This document shows, one piece after another, positions 16,548 through 23,734 of a DNA stretch of 29,794 nt; within the stretch, counting starts at the first letter, position 1; every line of letters starts with the position of its first letter. A program made the position numbers and the translations under genes. The notes under the pieces were generated by a model. It was not told the DNA's origin. It saw only the letters and a program-made list of their open reading frames with translations, and did not search any database. This stretch comes from a virus (Duplodnaviria > Caudoviricetes), in the IMG/VR virus record IMGVR_UViG_3300010362_000077, positions 1-29,794 of that record. One strand, 5' to 3'.

Positions 16548-18400
16548 TGGCGCGGACTGAAGTTCGTAGTGCACAAATTAAAGACTCTACAGTTGGCCGT
16601 GCCGATATAGATACAGTTACGCCTGGAGCAGCTATAGTTGCCAAGATAGTTGCTGGTTCTGGAGTATCGTTATCATGGACAGGTGCAGATAGTGGAACTG
16701 GTGATGTTACAATAACTAATACAGCAAGCGGAAGTGGAGATGTAGTAGGACCAGCGAGCGCGGTAGATAATTCAGTTGCTTTGTATAGTGGTACAACTGG
16801 TAAACTGATTAAGGATGCTAGTCAGGTTACAGTTAATCCTGCAACTGGGTATATCACAACTCCAGGTGGAATTATACTTGGTACTAATCCAGCCACTGCT
16901 GGTATAATTAGATTGCCAAACAATGGCATCATCTATGGACGAAATGCAGCCAATACAGTAGATGTCAATATAATTGGAGTTAATACCGACAATAATATCT
17001 ATGTCGGTCAAGCAGGAGTTAACCTTCTACCGAATAACAATAATGCACAAGATATAGGCTTAAGCAGCGGTTGGGCATGGCGTAATGCCTATCTCTCAGG
17101 TGCTCTCAGCATAGGTGCAACTCCAGCATCTAGTGGATTAATTCGTATTCCAGTTAGCTATGGAATCAACTTTAGAAATAATGCAAATAGTGCTGATATT
17201 GTTTTGATAGAATCACAGGGAGATGTTGTCAGTATTGGAGCTGGTTCGAATTGGATTGTGAGTCGCGGAACACTTTTTCCTGGTACTGATGCAACTTATG
17301 ACTTGGGTGACTCAGGAACACGCTGGCGTAATGTAGTAGCTAGCGGTGCCTTTATTGTTGGAACTAGTCCAGCTACAACTGGAGCAATTAGGATACCTAA
17401 TAATGCAGCAATTGTTTCTAGAAATGGAGCAAATAGTACAGATATTGGACTCTTACGTTTAGATTCCTCGAATTATTTATACTTAGGAGACTCGACCGTA
17501 GTAGGAAGTTACCTAAGCAGAATCTACCCATATATCGATGCTATATCAGATATTGGATCTGGAGCATCTAGATGGAGAGATATTTATCTGTCGGGCAATG
17601 TGAATGCAGGTGGATTAGGTTCTACTCCATTAAACGCATCAAATCTGACAAGTGGAACTGTACCAGATGCAAGGCTGACTGGGACTACACTCAATACCAC
17701 AGTCCAAAATAATACTACTTCGATCAATACAATTAATGCTAATGCCGCATTCAAAAATGTTGCTAATACATTTACTTCTACACAGACAATGCCAGGAGAA
17801 ACTATTCAGGGTACACAGCCTACGATAGTCTTTTACAAGAATGATGCACCTACTGATAGTAAATACTGGTATGTTTACGAGGCCGGGTCAGCTGGGGATC
17901 TTAATTTCCAAGCCTACAATGATGCTGGGAATATAGCACAATCTACTCCAATAGTACTTAGGCGTACATCTCCTAGTATATACTTTCCTAATGGACAGCT
18001 ACAGTTTCCATCTACTGCCAGTCCATCATCTGATGTCAACACACTAGATGATTACAAAGAAGGAACTTGGATACCTCAGGATCAGAGTGGTGCTGGTACT
18101 GTAATGGGTGGTGGCACAACTGGACAGTATACGAAAATTGGTCGCCAAGTAGTTGTGCAATTCATCGCTGTATTTTCTGGTAATTCAAGTGGGCTTCAAG
18201 CTATTATTGGACCACTTCCTTATGGTGCAAATAATGCTGGTTATCATGGAGGATGTGTAAGTTATACGAACGCTGGCGCTACTATGACACTCTCGATTGC
18301 CGGTACACAGATCTACTTCTACAACGTGAGTGGTGGTGTAATTACTATGGCTTCTCTTAGTGGTAAAGAAGTAAGAGGTACTGTCGTATACTTCGTTTAG
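16547..18400 (+). CDS. Tail fibre / receptor-binding protein
   Basis: GSGDVVGPASAVDN..A...GTTGKLIK motif; three ~80-aa repeats; LNASNLTSGTVPDARL; C-terminal NTLDDYKEGTW.P...GQYTKIGRQV fibre-tip domain. Confidence 0.85.
   Translation: MARTEVRSAQIKDSTVGRADIDTVTPGAAIVAKIVAGSGVSLSWTGADSGTGDVTITNTASGSGDVVGPASAVDNSVALYSGTTGKLIKDASQVTVNPATGYITTPGGIILGTNPATAGIIRLPNNGIIYGRNAANTVDVNIIGVNTDNNIYVGQAGVNLLPNNNNAQDIGLSSGWAWRNAYLSGALSIGATPASSGLIRIPVSYGINFRNNANSADIVLIESQGDVVSIGAGSNWIVSRGTLFPGTDATYDLGDSGTRWRNVVASGAFIVGTSPATTGAIRIPNNAAIVSRNGANSTDIGLLRLDSSNYLYLGDSTVVGSYLSRIYPYIDAISDIGSGASRWRDIYLSGNVNAGGLGSTPLNASNLTSGTVPDARLTGTTLNTTVQNNTTSINTINANAAFKNVANTFTSTQTMPGETIQGTQPTIVFYKNDAPTDSKYWYVYEAGSAGDLNFQAYNDAGNIAQSTPIVLRRTSPSIYFPNGQLQFPSTASPSSDVNTLDDYKEGTWIPQDQSGAGTVMGGGTTGQYTKIGRQVVVQFIAVFSGNSSGLQAIIGPLPYGANNAGYHGGCVSYTNAGATMTLSIAGTQIYFYNVSGGVITMASLSGKEVRGTVVYFV
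16880..17596 (+). repeat. Three tandem ~80-aa protein repeats inside the fibre gene
   Basis: Units start near 16880, 17114 and 17360. Pattern: G.[NTS]PA..G.IR[LI]P....I..RN.AN..D...P......D[IL]G.....WR....SG. Nucleotide sequences have diverged. Confidence 0.85.
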
Positions 18401-18408
18401 GGGGATAA

Positions 18409-18774
18409 ATGCCAAATGATACTTTCACTCAACAAGCATTAGCTAGTGATCCAACGTTTCGCAAGCGAGTGCGGTCTGGGATGTCTGCCATTGCGTGGCA
18501 AGTACAAGAAGAAGCAGACACAGTACCTAACCATGTGAATCGACTTGCATATGCAAAAATGGTACTGAGGAATTTGGATAATGAGACTGGGATTATTATC
18601 CAATCCTTCGTAATGCGACCAAATGTCAATAATTTTGCTACTAGTTACAATTATGACTTTGCTACACAGACGGGTGCAGTCGTAACTGCATCTGGAGATG
18701 CTGATATTCTATCTCAGTTGAATACGGATTGGGATGATATGGCTGCTGCTGCTGGATTTGTTACTATTCCGTAG
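18409..18774 (+). CDS. Hypothetical protein downstream of fibre (possible fibre chaperone/assembly factor)
   Basis: GGGGGA SD; 121 aa helical; LA.D..FR.RV...E......H..R..YA...D..I...W pattern. Function is inferred from position only. Confidence 0.7.
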   Translation: MPNDTFTQQALASDPTFRKRVRSGMSAIAWQVQEEADTVPNHVNRLAYAKMVLRNLDNETGIIIQSFVMRPNVNNFATSYNYDFATQTGAVVTASGDADILSQLNTDWDDMAAAAGFVTIP

Positions 18775-18782
18775 AAATAACA

Positions 18783-19517
18783 ATGGCTGATTGGACTAGA
18801 CCAACACCTGTTTCTAACTATATTGATTTCGTTGATGAGGTACGTCAACGAGATATTGACTCTGCATCTCTATTCAAGGTAGATCCTTCTAATATCAGTT
18901 CTGGTTTCGTTAGATACAGTAGGACTCTTAACAGATTCCAAGAGTGGAATGGTACTATTTGGGTTGATTTGATTTTGTCAGTGGCAGGCGGTGGCACTGG
19001 TACTACTACACCGGGCGGAATATTTGCTCTGCTTGGCTTGGGTACTATGTCGCAGCAAAATTCTAACAATGTAAATATATCAGGTGGAGTACTTGCTGGT
19101 GCTGGTTCTGGTCTTTATGGATTAAACGCAGCGAATTTGTCTGGCGGTACAGTTCCACTAGCTAGATTGGGGACTGGAACTCCTAATACTAATACTTTTT
19201 TGAGAGGCGATAATACTTGGGCTGTTGTAGTTGTTGACATTCCGTATGCTGTTGGCGATGCAAATGCTACGTTCAACGCGTATGTTAATACTTTTTTCAA
19301 TCTCGGTACTCCAGCAGCTAACGTATTAATGCCAACTGTAGTTGGTAACATGGGTAAGATCATAGGTCTGATTAAGAGAGCTAATAATACTTGGGTTGTG
19401 AATACACAGCCAGGAGAAACCATTCTAGGGCAGAACCCATACTTCTTTGATTGGCCTCAATATTCCTCATTAGTTCTCAAAGCTGATGCTAATGGGAATA
19501 AGTGGGATGTAATTTGA
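18783..19517 (+). CDS. Tail fibre-like protein
   Basis: VRYS....FQEWNG..W, LSVAGGGTG.TT, LGLGTMSQQN.NNVNISGG, LNAANLSGGTVPLARLGTG, NTFLRGDNTW are all common fibre motifs. Confidence 0.8.
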   Translation: MADWTRPTPVSNYIDFVDEVRQRDIDSASLFKVDPSNISSGFVRYSRTLNRFQEWNGTIWVDLILSVAGGGTGTTTPGGIFALLGLGTMSQQNSNNVNISGGVLAGAGSGLYGLNAANLSGGTVPLARLGTGTPNTNTFLRGDNTWAVVVVDIPYAVGDANATFNAYVNTFFNLGTPAANVLMPTVVGNMGKIIGLIKRANNTWVVNTQPGETILGQNPYFFDWPQYSSLVLKADANGNKWDVI

Positions 19518-19527
19518 GTTTGGAGCA

Positions 19528-20112
19528 ATGAGCTATCTAGCTTCCGTAGTTAAATCAGTTCAATCTAACTATGGTCAGAATCCATCTGGTGTTGGTAACT
19601 ATGTAGATGTTGCACTTGGTACAGCTGTAGATATAAATGCATCTATCATCCTACCGCAAGGATTTATAGGTCATGGAACTAACGGATTGTATAATGGTGC
19701 GGGTACTTCATTCGTATGGATGTTAAATGGTTCAACCGTTAGAGTTGGTTGGGGTGGAACTAACGTAAGTCCAGGTGATTATATACGATTTACGGTAATG
19801 GAATTCTATAATAGCGTAGTTAAGAGTAAGGGTCAAGGAGCAATATCTATACCCGACGGGCAAGATTCTGCACAGGTTGGTGTCACGGCAGTTAATCTTG
19901 CAAAGACAATGTTAGTGTTGAGCGGATGGACATTCAATAACTCTTTAACTTTCTCTGGTGGAGTAAATTCAGCTGTTGAATCGCTTGTTGAATCAAGTAT
20001 AGTCTGGACGAATAGTTCTACTCTCACTGGATATTGGGTTCATGGATTTGCTGGTAATCCGAATGCACCATTAGGTCGTCAGGTTGTGTATAACTATATC
20101 GAATTTAGATAA
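19528..20112 (+). CDS. Virion protein made of two tandem ~95-aa beta domains (possible receptor-binding/lectin-like)
   Basis: GGAG SD. Internal duplication: SVVKSVQ...TAVDINAS...GF...NGSTV...VMEF / SVVKSKGQ...TAVNLAKT...GW...NSSTL...YIEF. Confidence 0.75.
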   Translation: MSYLASVVKSVQSNYGQNPSGVGNYVDVALGTAVDINASIILPQGFIGHGTNGLYNGAGTSFVWMLNGSTVRVGWGGTNVSPGDYIRFTVMEFYNSVVKSKGQGAISIPDGQDSAQVGVTAVNLAKTMLVLSGWTFNNSLTFSGGVNSAVESLVESSIVWTNSSTLTGYWVHGFAGNPNAPLGRQVVYNYIEFR

Positions 20113-20118
20113 ATTCAG

Positions 20119-20526
20119 ATGAGTTACCTAGTACGTGGTGCAACTGGTAAGGATTTCGATAGAATTGTCGAATTGTTTGGAGCTTCTGGTTTCAAGCTTG
20201 AGCCGAAACATCTACAAGCCCTTATTGTTGTAGAAGATATTGTGGATTCTGAGAATGGATTCTATTCGCAACGCAAGTTAGTTGGTGCTGGAGCTCTCTC
20301 TAATATCTTGGAAGGTGTACTCGTACTAGATAATGAATTACCAAGGAAGAAGCGTGTTCAAATCTTCGACAGGATTATGAGACAGGCAGATGTAGAAGCT
20401 AGAAATGCCGGTTTTGATAATTGGCACGCATTTGCTGCGAATGCTGGTGCTCAGAAACTGTTGAAGAAGCATTATGGATTGAATCCAGTCAAGGCAGTAG
20501 AAGTCTTACTGAAGTGGGTGGAATAA
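20119..20526 (+). CDS. GNAT-fold-like protein preceding the ejection-protein genes
   Basis: YLVRGATGKDFDRIVELF (GNAT N-terminal IRxATxxD), KLVGAG strand, and N..AQKLLKK.YG (motif B-like). The canonical Q/RxxGxG/A motif is absent. Confidence 0.55.
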   Translation: MSYLVRGATGKDFDRIVELFGASGFKLEPKHLQALIVVEDIVDSENGFYSQRKLVGAGALSNILEGVLVLDNELPRKKRVQIFDRIMRQADVEARNAGFDNWHAFAANAGAQKLLKKHYGLNPVKAVEVLLKWVE

Positions 20527-20945
20527 TGGATGAAGCTGACAAGGGTTATCTCGCTGCTCTACTAGATGGCGAAGGTTCTGTCATGATGGATCGTCTTAAA
20601 AGTGGAAATTTTGATTTACGAGTTAGTATCGGGATGACCGATCCAACTGCTATAATATGGGGTCATAATCTAACTGGGTTGGGCAGTATAAATTTCAATC
20701 AGAGAGATAGAAGAAAGGGAATGTTTCATAATCATAGTAATTTCCATAGATGGACTATGTCTTGTAGACACGGCGTAGAATTCTTAAAGCTGGTAATGCC
20801 ATATTTGAAGGTTAAAGATAAACAGGCAAAGTTATATTTAGAGGCAATGGAGATTAGAAATAAGAGTGGAAAACGTGAAGAAAAGAGAAAGGCTCAGGAA
20901 ACTATATACGCGAATATGAAAGTTTTGAATTCTCGAGGAGCCTAA
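20526..20945 (+). CDS. Free-standing single-motif LAGLIDADG homing endonuclease (HEG-3)
   Basis: MDEADKGYLAALLDGEGSV; VSIGMTD; HRWTM; VMPYLKVKDKQA; ends MKVLNSRGA. ATG 20526 overlaps the upstream TAA. Its 3' end carries GAGGAG, the SD of the next gene. Confidence 0.92.
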   Translation: MDEADKGYLAALLDGEGSVMMDRLKSGNFDLRVSIGMTDPTAIIWGHNLTGLGSINFNQRDRRKGMFHNHSNFHRWTMSCRHGVEFLKLVMPYLKVKDKQAKLYLEAMEIRNKSGKREEKRKAQETIYANMKVLNSRGA

Positions 20946-20946
20946 T

Positions 20947-22482
20947 ATGGGGAAGGCTGACAAGAAAGAAATGGGACAGGCTATCACTGCTGAACAGAAA
21001 AGGTCACAGCAGCAAGGTCAATCCAATATAGATTGGGAAACTAACAGAATAAATACCTTAACTCCGCGTTCTGATACTGAACGTAGTTCTGTATTTAGTG
21101 GATATCAAGGATTACAATCTGGTGCTGGTGGTAGAAGTAGAGAGGAAATGATGAATTTCCTTTCTGGTGGTGGAGCAGGAGGAACTGGAGGAGGCGGGGG
21201 TGGTGGAGGCGGTGGTGCTGGTTCTCCATCATATATGGATGTATATGGTGAATTAGCTGGTAAACAAGGTGGATTTGATCCTGCTCGCTTAGGTAGAATT
21301 GAAGGCGCAGCAGGTAAGCTATACGATACTTCTGGTAACTATGGAGATACGAATGCAGCAATCCAAGATTTACTAGGTGCTAGAGGCAAGTATGGTGCAA
21401 CTGAGAAGGCCGTAGGTGGATTGCAAGACTTTGCTAAGACAGGTGGATTAGATCCGGGTGATTTAGAAGGAATTCAAAGGGGCTATTTACAAGACGTCGA
21501 AAAGACTGGTGGGTACTCACCGACAGATATCCAGAATATTCGAGCGCGTAGTAACGCTGCAATTGCCAGTAACTATCAGGCTAATCGAGATGCAATGAAT
21601 CGGGCTAAGATTCAATCTGGACAATTAGGTCCAGGTTGGTCTGAAGCTGGATTTAAGCTTGCTAGGCAGGGTGCTCAAGAAGGTGCAACAAATGCAAGGA
21701 ATACTGAACTGGATATTGGCGATACCGTACGTGCTGCTAGAATGGATGCGTCCAAAACGCTAGCTTCTAATAACTTGCAGTTGCAAGGCTTGAAGAATCA
21801 AGCTAGACTGCAAGGATATGGTACCTCTGGTCAATTGGATGTTGATAAGAATCGAGCTATTCAAGATGCAATGACCAGTGCTGGTCGAATGGGTTTGGAT
21901 AGACAAGCTCAAATCGATGCAGCGATGGAAGCTGCTGCCGGAATTGAGCAAGGGAATCAGCAGATGATTAATCAAACTCGCTTAAGTGCTGCGGGCGGGT
22001 TGCAATCTGCTGATCAATTTGGAAGATCAATGGGAGCAAGCGGTGCTGCTAATGATGCAGCTAATCGTAGATTCATTCTAGAACAAGAACAGCAAGATAG
22101 AATGTCCGGATTGCAAGGAATGCTAGGTACTTACGGTGCTACTCCAGATGAATTGCTAGCTAATCAAAACCTCCTAAGAGGATACGGACAAGATGTATCA
22201 GAACAGCAACAAGGTTTGATTGATCAACTATATAAGAAGGCAACCTTACCAGGTTGGACTCAAGGCTTTGCTAATATCATGGGCGGCATTGGTTCTCTGG
22301 CTGGTGGTATTGGTGGATTAATGACAGGTGGATTAACCAATATAGCTGGCGGAGCACTTGCTGGTCTTGGTGGTAAAGGTGGAGGTGGTCAAGCTTCTCC
22401 AGGTATGATGGGTAGTAGTGGTTATCACCCTGGTAATCCGAATCTATCATATATGCCTTTGCCTAGAGGAGTCTTGACTTAA
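20947..22482 (+). CDS. Probable ejection / internal virion (DNA pilot) protein 1
   Basis: Gly/Ala/Gln-rich, helical, no Cys, with a C-terminal Gly-zipper hydrophobic segment; first of three large genes after the tail cluster. Confidence 0.7.
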   Translation: MGKADKKEMGQAITAEQKRSQQQGQSNIDWETNRINTLTPRSDTERSSVFSGYQGLQSGAGGRSREEMMNFLSGGGAGGTGGGGGGGGGGAGSPSYMDVYGELAGKQGGFDPARLGRIEGAAGKLYDTSGNYGDTNAAIQDLLGARGKYGATEKAVGGLQDFAKTGGLDPGDLEGIQRGYLQDVEKTGGYSPTDIQNIRARSNAAIASNYQANRDAMNRAKIQSGQLGPGWSEAGFKLARQGAQEGATNARNTELDIGDTVRAARMDASKTLASNNLQLQGLKNQARLQGYGTSGQLDVDKNRAIQDAMTSAGRMGLDRQAQIDAAMEAAAGIEQGNQQMINQTRLSAAGGLQSADQFGRSMGASGAANDAANRRFILEQEQQDRMSGLQGMLGTYGATPDELLANQNLLRGYGQDVSEQQQGLIDQLYKKATLPGWTQGFANIMGGIGSLAGGIGGLMTGGLTNIAGGALAGLGGKGGGGQASPGMMGSSGYHPGNPNLSYMPLPRGVLT

Positions 22483-22492
22483 GGATCAAATC

Positions 22493-23734
22493 ATGGCATT
22501 CAGACCTAACATATTTGGTAGCCAAACATATAAACCTAGCTTCAATATAGGATCTCTTGATGATCCTAATGATCCTAGTAATGCCATGTCTGGATTTGAT
22601 TTTACTCCAAAATCTGGACAATTACCAGTTCCATCTACTAATGATAAAAAACTAGACATGTCAGATGTCTATCGTAAGATAATGGATTGGGAAGCTGGAC
22701 CAGAACAACAGAAATACAGACAGTTCTTGCAAGAAGAAACTCCTAGAAGAGAAGATTATCAACCTACTAAGATGGGCAGATTAGCAGCAATGCTAACTGG
22801 ATTTGGTGAAGGAGTTCAAAGAGGTGGTGCTTCTGGAGCACAAGCTGCACAAGCTGCATTAGAAGCTCCGTATAGAAGTGCAATGGATACGTATAGATTA
22901 AAGGGAGAGAAACTAGCTAAGGCTGCTGAACTAGAAGAGAAGAATGTTGGCAATAGAGTTAAGACTGCATGGGATGTACTAAGAGCACAATCTGAAGATG
23001 AGAAACTTAAGGCTGGTGAACCATTACGTCAAGCTCAGACTCAATACTATCAAGCTAGAGCAACCGATTTAGGTGGACCTAAGGCAGTTGGTTCTCCATA
23101 TATCAATCCAATCACTGGAATTGGTAGTATAACAGTTAAAGATCCTACTTCTCCAGGTGGGTTCAAAACAGTCGATTTAGGACAACGTGGCCCAACTGGA
23201 GCAGAAACAGCAGCACAAGCTGGAGCAGTAGCTGGATCACAAGCTAAAGCAAGACTACCATCTGAACAGGCATTAGAGGGAACTAGACAAGCTAATAGAG
23301 TAGCCTTGGAAGGTGTTCAATTCAAGAATAGGCAAGATCTCAAAGTATTTGAACAACAACATCCAAACTATACAAGAATCGAAGCTCCAGGTGCAGATGT
23401 CCAGTTTGTAGATCCCTCTGGTAATCTTCCAACTGTACATACTGGTATAGCATCTACTGCTGAAACTCCTGCACAGAAGGAAGAGAGAGCAAAGAGAGTT
23501 AAGATTGCTCCTGGTGCTCCGCAAACTGTTATTTCTGAAACTAGAGTATCTCCTGAAGGTGATGAAAAGAGAACAGTTACTCAGAGAAATCCTAAAGCTA
23601 AAACTAGTAATGTGATTATTAACGGGCAAGAATATCCACCTGGGACAGTGGAGATGGTTAAGGATGGAAAGAGTTTCCCAGTAAATCCTGCTGAAGTAGC
23701 ACAAGCAGAAGCTGCTGGATTCAAGAGAAAGTAA
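22493..23734 (+). CDS. Probable ejection / internal virion protein 2
   Basis: 413 aa low-complexity, no Cys; GRLAAMLTGFGEG amphipathic segment; C-terminal VEMVKDGK.FPV....V..A...GF motif. Confidence 0.65.
   Translation: MAFRPNIFGSQTYKPSFNIGSLDDPNDPSNAMSGFDFTPKSGQLPVPSTNDKKLDMSDVYRKIMDWEAGPEQQKYRQFLQEETPRREDYQPTKMGRLAAMLTGFGEGVQRGGASGAQAAQAALEAPYRSAMDTYRLKGEKLAKAAELEEKNVGNRVKTAWDVLRAQSEDEKLKAGEPLRQAQTQYYQARATDLGGPKAVGSPYINPITGIGSITVKDPTSPGGFKTVDLGQRGPTGAETAAQAGAVAGSQAKARLPSEQALEGTRQANRVALEGVQFKNRQDLKVFEQQHPNYTRIEAPGADVQFVDPSGNLPTVHTGIASTAETPAQKEERAKRVKIAPGAPQTVISETRVSPEGDEKRTVTQRNPKAKTSNVIINGQEYPPGTVEMVKDGKSFPVNPAEVAQAEAAGFKRK

Noticed and set aside
15226-20112. Diversity-generating retroelement or invertible fibre cassette
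   Set aside because: No reverse transcriptase or recombinase is present. The paralogous fibre domains differ at all base types rather than only at adenines, and no inverted crossover sites were noticed.
20421-20525. 35-aa N-terminal extension of HEG-3 given by the ORF track
   Set aside because: It is a TTG start inside the upstream gene. ATG 20526 overlaps the upstream stop and puts the LAGLIDADG helix at the same N-terminal position as in HEG-1 and HEG-2.
21165-21222. G-rich tract (possible G-quadruplex or repeat element)
   Set aside because: It is fully explained by a poly-glycine linker with mixed GGN codons.
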